Of a stretch of DNA of 64,000 nucleotides, positions 47,777 through 57,592 are shown in pieces. The position numbers and the translations under genes were made by a program. The stretch comes from Terriglobia bacterium. GTDB lineage: Bacteria > Acidobacteriota > Terriglobia > JAJPHL01 > JAPKYU01. The number at the start of each line of letters is the position of its first letter. Positions within the stretch are counted from its first letter, which is position 1. The stretch covers positions 1 through 64,000 of the forward strand of contig CBDCVK010000008.1 of assembly GCA_965223005.1 (NCBI GenBank), written 5' to 3'. Under the pieces are notes generated by a model. It was given only the letters and a program-made list of their open reading frames with translations. It searched no databases and was not told the origin of the DNA.

Positions 47777-49123
47777 ATGCCTGGCTTGAAACGAGTGACG
47801 GTTCTTTGGCTGCCATTAGGGCTGCCACTGGCCCTGGTCCTCATCCTTTCGCTGCAGGAAACCTGGCACCGCCTTTTGCCGCCGGCAGGCGCGTCAAAGG
47901 CGCCATTATTGATGGCGCCAGTAACGATGGTGGAAGTCACCGGCGAGGGACGCCGGTACTGGCCGCGTTGGCGCGGGCCCTCAGGGCAGGGGTTGGCCGT
48001 CGACTCGGGCTATCCCGACACCTGGTCGGATCGGGAAAACGTTCTCTGGAAGGTCAAGGTCCCCGGGAAGGGCAACTCCTCTCCCGTGATCTGGGGCGAC
48101 CGCATCTTTCTGACGACGGCCTACGACAACGGGAGCCGACGGTCGATTCTGAGCTTCCAGCGCGAGGATGGCCAGCAGCTCTGGGAGGCTTTTGCTCCGA
48201 AAGGACGTCCTGAGAGGGCTCACGCCAAGAACGGCTACGCTTCGGGCACACCAGCTACCGACGGTAAGCGGGTCTACGCCTATCTCGGGAATCATGGCTT
48301 GCTGGCCGTGGACTTCAACGGCAAACAAGTCTGGCATCACGATCTGGGCCCGATGAATCCTTTCCACGGCGCCGCCGGCTCTCCGCTGCTTTACCGGGAT
48401 CGCGTGATCATCTATCAAGACCATCGCGCGTCCTCCGGGTCGTTTGTCGCGGCATTTGACAAGCGGACTGGCAAGAAACTGTGGTGGACCGAGCGCCGGG
48501 AGAAGACCGGCTGGGGCTCACCGGTGGCGGTGCGCGTTGGGGACCGCGATGAGATCATTGTCAGCAGTCAGAAATGGGTCTATGCCTATGATCCGGACAG
48601 CGGCAGAGAGTTGTGGCGCTGCGCGGGGAACCTGGTTGAGGTGACGCCCACTCCGGTAGTGGGCCACGGCCTGATTTTTTGCAGTTCCGGCCGGGCAGGC
48701 CCGACGTTGGCGATCCGTCCCGGAGGATCGGGCGATGTCACCGGCACGCACCTCGTCTGGCAGACGCCGAAGGGCTCCCCGTTCATCCCCTCGCCGCTGC
48801 TCTACGGGGATTACCTCTACCTCGTCAACGACATGGTGGGGATCGCCACCTGCTACGAGGCAAAAACGGGCAAGCTGATGTGGCAGGGCCGGCTGGCCGA
48901 AACCCGGCGCGAATTGTTCTCGGCGTCCCCGGTGGGGGTGGACGGCAAGGTGTTTTTCACGAGCGACGACGGCGAAACATTTGTGCTCAAAGCCGGGGCG
49001 GAATTCAAACTTCTGGGCGTCAATCGCCTCAGCGAACGCACGCTGGCTTCGCCGGCGCTGGTGGATGGCCGCTGGTATTTCCGCACCGCCGCTCACTTGG
49101 TCTGCATTGGCCGGCCTTCGTGA
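47777..49123 (+). CDS. PQQ-binding-like beta-propeller protein
   Basis: WPRWRGP, SSPVIWGDRIF, repeated D..TG..LW. Confidence 0.88.
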   Translation: MPGLKRVTVLWLPLGLPLALVLILSLQETWHRLLPPAGASKAPLLMAPVTMVEVTGEGRRYWPRWRGPSGQGLAVDSGYPDTWSDRENVLWKVKVPGKGNSSPVIWGDRIFLTTAYDNGSRRSILSFQREDGQQLWEAFAPKGRPERAHAKNGYASGTPATDGKRVYAYLGNHGLLAVDFNGKQVWHHDLGPMNPFHGAAGSPLLYRDRVIIYQDHRASSGSFVAAFDKRTGKKLWWTERREKTGWGSPVAVRVGDRDEIIVSSQKWVYAYDPDSGRELWRCAGNLVEVTPTPVVGHGLIFCSSGRAGPTLAIRPGGSGDVTGTHLVWQTPKGSPFIPSPLLYGDYLYLVNDMVGIATCYEAKTGKLMWQGRLAETRRELFSASPVGVDGKVFFTSDDGETFVLKAGAEFKLLGVNRLSERTLASPALVDGRWYFRTAAHLVCIGRPS

Positions 49124-49152
49124 TCCGCTCGTCACCACCGCCACCAGCGCGC

Positions 49153-51534
49153 TCAGTCCAGATAGGCCAGCTCATTGGAGCCTAGAAGGACCTGGGCGTA
49201 CTCTTCCCAGGGTTGGCAGCCTACCGTGGCTTCCCGCCGACCCAGGAACGTGAGAGCGAGATCAACCTCGTGCGCTCTCGGCTCGCGGCCCAGGGTCATG
49301 CGATAGAGAGTCGCGATCCTGGCGTTGGAGTCCTGCAGATGGTCAACCCGCGCCGCCAGCCTTTCAGCCTGGTGCTGCATCCACCTGCTGTTGAGCACGA
49401 AGAGCTGCTGAAGCGGAGTGGTGGTGACCTGGCGCTTGGGAATGTGCTGCGTCGCAACTGGGAAATCGTAAAGGTGCAAGAATGGATGCAGCCGGCCGCG
49501 GCTGGTCTTCGAATAGACCGACCGGCGGGCGGGGCCTTCGACGTCGACATCTTCGGAAGGTCCGCCCATCGTCAGGTCGAGCTCGCCTGATGCTTGCAGA
49601 ATCGCGTCCCGCCAGGCTTCGATCTCCAGCCGACGCGGATTCATCCGCCACAGCCAACGATTCGTCGGGTCGGCCAGCTGCGCCGATTCGATGCTGCGGC
49701 TCGCTTGCCGGTACGTTGCTGAAAGTAGGATCTCGCGGTGCAGCCATTTGAGGGACCAGCCGTTGTTGACGAAGCGAGCTGCAAGGTCGTTCAGGAGTTG
49801 CGGGTGCGTAGGCCTCTGCCCCTGTGTACCGAAGTCGGAAGGCGTTCGGACCAGATGCTCGCCGAAGTGCCAACCCCAGACGCGGTTGACCCACACGCGC
49901 GCGGCCAGCGGACCGGCTTCGCCGACGATCTTGTCGGCCAACTCCAAACGTCCTGAGCCTTGCCGGAACGAGTTGGGTTCGCCCTCGGAGAAGACCGTGA
50001 GGAACCGCCGCGGGACGATCTTGCCCGGGTTGGCGACATTGCCGCGGATGAATACTGGCAGGTCGCGGGGCTGGCCCGGGCGCAGGTCGATCCAAGTGAC
50101 CGTGGGTGTGCTGCCATCGATCCACACTCCGCAGTCGACGACGGCGTGGGTCAACGGCGTGTCGTCTTCGCATAAGCGCGCATCGAGCTCTCGAATCTCC
50201 GCCTTCATCGCCTGAATACGGGGATGCAGCTCTTCAGCGATGGTACTCAGCTCCTTGAGAAGGCCGTACTGGCCCTTGAGGCGGTAGAACCTCTCGTGAT
50301 CCCAAACCAGTTTTTCCGCCGCTTCGGAATCCATTTCGACGATCGGCCGTTTGACCAGCCACTGGCTGGCGAACACGCCCGCCAGGCCGTAGTAGTCCTC
50401 GTTGGTGATGGGGTCGAACTTGTGGTCGTGGCAGCGGGCGCAGGCGACGGTGAGACCGAGCAGCCCGCGAGAGACACCATCGACCCGCTCGTCCCAGTCG
50501 TCGCTCGCCAGAGTCTCGATCACGTCGCGCGAGAGTCGCGGGTCCTTGTGATACATGGGCGAGTTGCCGATGTAACCGAGCGCCCTCATGTCGGCCGGCT
50601 CGAAACCCGGCAGCAGGTCGGCGGCAAACTGCATGCGGAGGAAGCGAGGGTAGGGAATATCCTTGTTGAAGGCCTCGATGACCCAGTCTCGGTAGCGCCA
50701 GGCGAATTCGTGCGGCTGGTTGGTCGACTCGCTGGTGGGGTGGTCTTCGGCCCAGCGCGCCACGTCGAGCCAATGGCGTCCCCAACGTTCGCCGTACCGC
50801 GGCGATGCCAGCAGGCGCTCGATCAACTCTTCATAGGCTGTTGGTGAGGGATCGGCGAGAAACGCTTCGACCTCTTTGTAGCTCGGCGGCAGTCCGGTCA
50901 AGTCGAGCGAAGCGCGCCGGATCAGCGCACGGTGGTCGGCCTCGGGCGACGGCTCCAGGTCGTTTTCTTCGAGCCTGGCGAGCACGAACGCGTCGATCTT
51001 GCGCCGCACCCAGCCGCGGTGGCTGAAGGAGGGCGCCTGCAACTCGGCCAGAGGCTGAAAAGCCCACCAGCGGCGGCCCTCTTCGATCGGCGTGCCCGGG
51101 CCGGAGCTGTCGGGTTTTTCGGCCTCCCCAGAGCTGTTGGGTTTTGTGGCCTCCGAGGTTGCGCTGGGCTCGTCGATGCGCGGGTCCTGGGCGCCGTCAG
51201 CAATCCAGGTGGCAAAATCCGCGATCACGCGGTCAGGCAGCTTTCCGGTCGGCGGCATCTTGAGCGAAGGGTCTTGATAGCGGAGCGCCTTGATCAGCAG
51301 GCTCTGATCCGGCCGCCCGGGCACCAGCGCCGGGCCCGAAGCGCCGCCGCGCCGGAGCGCGTCGCGCGAGTCCACACGTAAGCCGCCCATGGGCTCGTCG
51401 AGCCGAGCCGAGTGGCACCCCATGCACTGCTCGATCAGCACGGGCCGAATCCTGCGCTCGAAGTGTTCGATCTCCGGGCTCTGAGCCGAGCCGACGAGCG
51501 CCGCCGCGGCCACGAGGAGCGTCAGGCGCATCAT
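49153..51534 (-). CDS. Planctomycete cytochrome C / DUF1549 / DUF1553 (PSD1) protein
   Basis: CMGCH and CARCHDHKFDPI, WAFQP, YGERWGRHWLD, PTHPQLL. Confidence 0.92.
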   Translation of the reverse strand: MMRLTLLVAAAALVGSAQSPEIEHFERRIRPVLIEQCMGCHSARLDEPMGGLRVDSRDALRRGGASGPALVPGRPDQSLLIKALRYQDPSLKMPPTGKLPDRVIADFATWIADGAQDPRIDEPSATSEATKPNSSGEAEKPDSSGPGTPIEEGRRWWAFQPLAELQAPSFSHRGWVRRKIDAFVLARLEENDLEPSPEADHRALIRRASLDLTGLPPSYKEVEAFLADPSPTAYEELIERLLASPRYGERWGRHWLDVARWAEDHPTSESTNQPHEFAWRYRDWVIEAFNKDIPYPRFLRMQFAADLLPGFEPADMRALGYIGNSPMYHKDPRLSRDVIETLASDDWDERVDGVSRGLLGLTVACARCHDHKFDPITNEDYYGLAGVFASQWLVKRPIVEMDSEAAEKLVWDHERFYRLKGQYGLLKELSTIAEELHPRIQAMKAEIRELDARLCEDDTPLTHAVVDCGVWIDGSTPTVTWIDLRPGQPRDLPVFIRGNVANPGKIVPRRFLTVFSEGEPNSFRQGSGRLELADKIVGEAGPLAARVWVNRVWGWHFGEHLVRTPSDFGTQGQRPTHPQLLNDLAARFVNNGWSLKWLHREILLSATYRQASRSIESAQLADPTNRWLWRMNPRRLEIEAWRDAILQASGELDLTMGGPSEDVDVEGPARRSVYSKTSRGRLHPFLHLYDFPVATQHIPKRQVTTTPLQQLFVLNSRWMQHQAERLAARVDHLQDSNARIATLYRMTLGREPRAHEVDLALTFLGRREATVGCQPWEEYAQVLLGSNELAYLD

Positions 51535-52925
51535 GCCAGCAACTCCGCCGGTACGCGCCCGTGAACGTCGGTCAGACGGAAATCCCGGCCGGCATAGCGG
51601 TACGTCAGACGCTCATGGTCCAGACCGAGCCGGTTGAGGATTGTAGCGTGCAGGTCATGAACGCTGACCCGGTTCTCGACGGCCTGGAACCCGAAATCAT
51701 CGGTGGCGCCGTAGCTGACGCCGCCGCGAACGCCGCCGCCCGCCATCCACATCGTGAAGCCGTACGGGTTGTGGTCGCGTCCGTCGCCGGATTCTGAAAC
51801 CGGTGTGCGGCCGAACTCCCCGCCCCAGACGAGGAGGGTTTTCTCCAACAGTCCGCGCCGTTTGAGGTCTCGGATGAGTGCGGCGGTGGCTTGGTCCATG
51901 TCGGGGCAACGCTCGCGCAGGTTCTTGTTGATCTCTTTGTGATCGTCCCATGGCTGGCGGGGGCCATAGTAGAGGTGCACGTAGCGGACGCCCTTTTCGA
52001 CGAGTCGGCGGGCGAGCAGACAACCGTTGGCGAATGGTGTGGAGCCGTACTCCTCGCGGATTTTCTCCGGTTCTTTGCGCACATCGAAGACGTCCATTGC
52101 TTCAAACTGCATGCGATAGGCGGTCTCCATCGCTTGGATGCGCGCCTCCAGAAAGGCGTCCTGCCCGACGGCGGAGCGGTGTGCCTTGTTCAGGGCGGTG
52201 AGCAAGTCGAGCTGATGGCGTTGCGCGCCGGCGTCGAGCTTGCCGTTACGCAGGTATCGAATCATCTTCTCGGGGTCGGTCTCGGCGTTGTTGAAGTGCG
52301 TGCCCTGGTGCTCGGCCGGCAAGAAGCCAGAGCGCCACAAGTAGCTCTGGCGTGACGACGGGCTCAGCACGACGAAGCCCGGCAGGTTCTCGTTTTCGCT
52401 GCCGAGCCCGTAGGAGATCCAAGCTCCGAGAGTCGGATGGGTGGCAGCGATATTCCCCGAATGGATCAGATTTTTGGCCGGAGTATGCGTCGGGTTGAAC
52501 GTGTACATCGAGCGGATGACGCACAGCTCGTCGACAAGGCCCGCCAGATTCGGCAACAGCTCGCTCACTTCGATGCCGCTCTGACCGTGCTGCCGGAACT
52601 TGAACGGCGAGGGCAGCAGGCCGCCGGTCATGCGCTCGGTGCGCAAGTCCACCGAGTCGGGCCGTTGGCCGGCGTATTTCGCTAGCGCCGGCTTGGGGTC
52701 GAACAAGTCGAGATGCGACGGTCCGCCGGTGAGGAACAGGAAAATGACGTGCTTGGCGGCGGGAGCGAAGTGCGGTCCGACCGGGGAATTTGCGGCCCAG
52801 AGGTCGGAGGCCAGCATCCCGGAGAGCCCCACCGCGCCCAGGCCGCCGCACAGAGACTCCACGAAAGCCCGTCGACTCAAAGCTCCTCGGCTCGAAGAAG
52901 CGGTTGGCTGCGGTGCTTTCGACAT
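51531..52925 (-). CDS. DUF1501 protein with Tat signal
   Basis: SRRAF, GGPSHLDLFDPKP, WDDH, GEFGRTP, GRDH. Confidence 0.92.
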   Translation of the reverse strand: MSKAPQPTASSSRGALSRRAFVESLCGGLGAVGLSGMLASDLWAANSPVGPHFAPAAKHVIFLFLTGGPSHLDLFDPKPALAKYAGQRPDSVDLRTERMTGGLLPSPFKFRQHGQSGIEVSELLPNLAGLVDELCVIRSMYTFNPTHTPAKNLIHSGNIAATHPTLGAWISYGLGSENENLPGFVVLSPSSRQSYLWRSGFLPAEHQGTHFNNAETDPEKMIRYLRNGKLDAGAQRHQLDLLTALNKAHRSAVGQDAFLEARIQAMETAYRMQFEAMDVFDVRKEPEKIREEYGSTPFANGCLLARRLVEKGVRYVHLYYGPRQPWDDHKEINKNLRERCPDMDQATAALIRDLKRRGLLEKTLLVWGGEFGRTPVSESGDGRDHNPYGFTMWMAGGGVRGGVSYGATDDFGFQAVENRVSVHDLHATILNRLGLDHERLTYRYAGRDFRLTDVHGRVPAELLA

Positions 52926-53160
52926 CGCGACAGACGGCCCCGTACGGAATTATAAAAGAAGGCCGACCATTCTGCTAGGTGTGCTACGCGGAAACACCAA
53001 GATCTCAACTAGGTCTTTGAGATCCAGCCGAGCGACAGGGTTGCGGCTACGCTAGCAGTTTCCCAACGACTCGGCCGCCGACGTCAATCAACCGGCATGT
53101 TCATGGTTAGCTGCAGGTGCGCCACTTTTCGCCCGACACGCTGAAGGAGGTGGCCAGCCT

Positions 53161-54393
<1,233 letters not shown>

Positions 54394-54417
54394 AAGCTAG
54401 CGTCTCCGAGGGGGTGC

Positions 54418-54606
54418 TCAGAGACGTTTGCCGTTGCACTGGTTGCAGATTACCATGCGACACTGCGCGGCGCCCTTCGGGTACTTGGTGCCGCAATAAC
54501 TGCACGAGGCGCCCTTTCCGTCCTGTTCCTGTTTCAAAGGGCCGAGGCAGGGCCGCGTGTCAGGGTGATTCTCCCGGCAATGGCACCACCCACTGGCTAC
54601 CGGCAT
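54418..54606 (-). CDS. Small Cys-rich protein (62 aa)
   Basis: GGAGGAGG RBS before ATG 54606; 8 Cys including two CxxC; fills the gap between two same-strand genes. Confidence 0.55.
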   Translation of the reverse strand: MPVASGWCHCRENHPDTRPCLGPLKQEQDGKGASCSYCGTKYPKGAAQCRMVICNQCNGKRL

Positions 54607-54644
54607 AGACTCCTCCTCCCAAGAAAAGATTTGGCCCGTAAAGT

Positions 54645-55844
54645 TTACCGCGATCCGCGCCCGCCCGGGACCAGCGAAGAAGTGTAAAAGCGGCGGGCTG
54701 CCTCGACCAGGACCTGCGCGCAGCCCACAACCGAATCCAGGTCCACCCATTCGACTGCCTCGTGCGCGCCGGCGCCTGCCGGGCCGTAGTTGACGGTAGG
54801 GATGCCGGCGGCGGCGAACAGGGCTGCGTCCATCCAGTAGGCCACTCCTGCCTCCGGAGGCGGCTGCCCCGTAACCACCTGTGCGGCCTCACGGAGGCAA
54901 CGGGCAATCGGCGTGTCGCGGTCGCACACCAGCGGAGCGCGGTCCAGCAAGCAACGAATTTCGGCTTCCTCGCCGGCCTGCCGCACCACCTGCTGTAATT
55001 CGCGCATCACTTGCTCGGTGGTCTCGCCGGGCAGCGTCCGCCGTTCTACTCGCAGATGGCACTGCGGTGCGTAAGTGGAAAGGCCCGCCCCGCCCTGGAT
55101 CAGAGCACAATGCTGTGAGGCTGGCCCCACCAGAGGGTGAGCGCGCCGCCGCAGCTCCTGCTGGTCAAACTGCTCCAGGGCAGTGATGATGCGCCCCATT
55201 TTGCCGATGGCGCTGACCCCGAGGTCCCAGCGGCTGCCGTGTGCTGCCTGGCCCGTGGTCAGCAGTTCCGCCCAGACAAAGCCCTTGTGCGCCAGAATCA
55301 GCCGACCCTCGCTGGGCTCGGTGAGGATGCAAGCATCGGCCCGGTGGCGCTTCAGGAAAGCCTCGGTGCCGAGACTGGCATACTCCTCGTCGGCCACCAG
55401 CGCAGTTATTACTCGCCCGGGTACTCGCCTGGGCAACTGGCTGGGCAGGTGCTCCTGAGCCAGCGCGGCGGCCGCTGCCATGACGGCAGCGACACTGCCT
55501 TTCATGTCGTAGCTGCCACGCCCGTAGACCCGGTTGCCCTCCAGGCGCGGTTCAAATGGAGGAATCCTCATGCCGGCGGTGGCCACCGTATCCAGGTGCG
55601 CGCACAAGACTAAAACCGGCCCCGGTCCTTCACCGGCTTCGGCCACTACATTGGGCCGCCCCGGCGCTGCCTCCTCCAACCAGCTATGCAGGCCCCGGGC
55701 TGCAAGCCACTGGGAGGCGAAGGCCGCGATGGCAGCCTCTCCGTGTCCCTCCTCCGGCGCCAGGGTCGGGTTCACCGAGGGAATACGGATCAGCTGCTGA
55801 AGTAGCTCCAGAATTACGGCCCGGGAAAGCGCATCCGCCGGCAT
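54645..55844 (-). CDS. M20/ArgE/DapE-family deacylase
   Basis: AHLDTV, GRGSYDMKG, ADEE, EP, GAH. Confidence 0.92.
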   Translation of the reverse strand: MPADALSRAVILELLQQLIRIPSVNPTLAPEEGHGEAAIAAFASQWLAARGLHSWLEEAAPGRPNVVAEAGEGPGPVLVLCAHLDTVATAGMRIPPFEPRLEGNRVYGRGSYDMKGSVAAVMAAAAALAQEHLPSQLPRRVPGRVITALVADEEYASLGTEAFLKRHRADACILTEPSEGRLILAHKGFVWAELLTTGQAAHGSRWDLGVSAIGKMGRIITALEQFDQQELRRRAHPLVGPASQHCALIQGGAGLSTYAPQCHLRVERRTLPGETTEQVMRELQQVVRQAGEEAEIRCLLDRAPLVCDRDTPIARCLREAAQVVTGQPPPEAGVAYWMDAALFAAAGIPTVNYGPAGAGAHEAVEWVDLDSVVGCAQVLVEAARRFYTSSLVPGGRGSR

Positions 55845-56113
55845 GTCGTGCTACGTTCTAGCGCTCTTAGGTTCTACTGGCAGCCCACTTAGGTTTCTGC
55901 CAGACCAAATATACCCGGCGTAATATACCCGGTGTAGCTGGGCTAGCAAAGCGACCGCCGCGCCGAGAGAGTCCGCAGGGTCACGATGGCGACCCTGGTA
56001 GGGAAGCCCCAGCGGGCACGTCATGGCATCGCGGTAGTTCAAGTTATAATCAGACTTTGGGTGAGTTCTCCGGCCAGCCATCGAGCCCGGCCGTCGAGCC
56101 CGGCCGTCGAGCG

Positions 56114-56977
56114 ATGAAGACGAACATCATCACCATCCCGGTTCAGAAAGTCCAGGGTGTTTCCTCCTCCGCCGAGCAGGACCTGCTGGCCGTTGAGGAG
56201 CCGCTGCAACTGCGGCTGAGCTTCCAATCTCAGGGAGCTCGCAGGAGCAAAGATCTTTCGATCACCATGCGCACCCCTGGCCACGACGTTGAACTGGCGG
56301 CTGGCTTCCTTTTCACGGAAGGCATACTCCAAGTCCCCGACCAGATCGTGGAAATCCAAGGTGGCGGGCCCGGCAAGAACGCCAAGCAGAACCGCAACAC
56401 GGTTACTGTCCGCCTGAAACGAGGAGTGAAGCTCGATTGGGACCGGCTGGAACGCCACTTCTATCTCAGCTCCAGTTGCGGGGTCTGCGGGAAAGCCTCG
56501 ATCGAGGCGCTACAGGCCACCGGCTGCCCCACTCTGCCCTCGGCCAAGCCTCTCGTTGATTCCTCGGTGATCCACCGCCTGCCCCAGACGCTGCGGAGGT
56601 CCCAGGCCGTCTTTGACCGCACCGGCGGCCTGCACGCCGCCGCTCTGTTTAACTCCACGGGAAAGCTGCTGAGCATGCGAGAAGATGTGGGCCGGCACAA
56701 TGCACTGGACAAGTTGATCGGCGCCGAATTCCTGAAAAATCGCTTGCCTCTTTCCGATACGCTGGTCCTGTTGAGTGGACGCGGCAGCTTCGAGCTGGTG
56801 CAGAAGGCGTTGATGGCGGGCATTCCCGTGCTGGCCGCCGTAGGCGCGCCTTCCAGCCTTGCCGTCGAGCTTGCCCTAAGGTTCCAGATGACGCTGGTGG
56901 GATTCGTGCGCAACGACCGGTTTAATATCTATTCCGGGGGCTGGCGCATCCACCTCGACGCGCAGCAGGGAGTCTAA
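56114..56977 (+). CDS. fdhD: Formate dehydrogenase accessory sulfurtransferase
   Basis: MRTPGHD, SSCGVCG, TGGLHAAA, EDVGRHNALDK. Confidence 0.95.
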   Translation: MKTNIITIPVQKVQGVSSSAEQDLLAVEEPLQLRLSFQSQGARRSKDLSITMRTPGHDVELAAGFLFTEGILQVPDQIVEIQGGGPGKNAKQNRNTVTVRLKRGVKLDWDRLERHFYLSSSCGVCGKASIEALQATGCPTLPSAKPLVDSSVIHRLPQTLRRSQAVFDRTGGLHAAALFNSTGKLLSMREDVGRHNALDKLIGAEFLKNRLPLSDTLVLLSGRGSFELVQKALMAGIPVLAAVGAPSSLAVELALRFQMTLVGFVRNDRFNIYSGGWRIHLDAQQGV

Positions 56978-56989
56978 GAGCTGCCACGG

Positions 56990-57562
56990 TTAGAGCGGGT
57001 GGAAATATCCCTGGCCGGCACAGGCGCGGCACAGGGCGCGCCCGTCGCGCAGGATTTCGCGGCCGAAGTTAATGCCTTCACTACATTCGGTGCAGAGGAC
57101 GCGCGGCGCGCGATATCCGGGGCGCTCTTCTGCCGGAAGGCTTGCGCGGACCCACTGCCGGGTGAACATCTCCTCGTCGGACAATTCCCGATAGGCACGT
57201 CGCAAACTTTCTTCCTTCTCCAGATCCGGGGAGATCTCCCGCGCGCGTTCGTTAGCGCTCTCCCGGGCAGCTACGCGGATGGCCCGCTCCGTGCGCAGGT
57301 CCAGGAAGGTAGCCGCCATCTTCCCCAGGTCCTTAAGCTTCAGGGTGCGGTTGCCGAGGCGGCAGCCGGTGACCAGCCCGACCGCGTCAGGCAGGCAGCG
57401 GTCAACCTCCACAAACGTAATAAGTGACCTGTGGGTCTGCTTTGGCTCCTCAATGCCCAGTTCCTTCAGCGCGATCATGGCCATGCGGATGCCCTGGATG
57501 ATCCCGGAACGTGTGTCCCCGTCTTTGGCTGCCGCTTGTATGTAGTCCTCCAGGCTTTTCAT
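56990..57562 (-). CDS. FmdE/FwdE-family protein with a C-terminal C4 zinc finger
   Basis: VEVDRCLPDA..VTGCRLG..D.GKMA; CTEC..CRAC. Confidence 0.88.
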   Translation of the reverse strand: MKSLEDYIQAAAKDGDTRSGIIQGIRMAMIALKELGIEEPKQTHRSLITFVEVDRCLPDAVGLVTGCRLGNRTLKLKDLGKMAATFLDLRTERAIRVAARESANERAREISPDLEKEESLRRAYRELSDEEMFTRQWVRASLPAEERPGYRAPRVLCTECSEGINFGREILRDGRALCRACAGQGYFHPL

Positions 57563-57592
57563 CCGCGTTTCCTCCCTCTGGCCCGCCGGTCA

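Noticed and set aside
55930-56040. Moco riboswitch upstream of fdhD
   Set aside because: Hairpins are present but I could not match the conserved Moco motif elements
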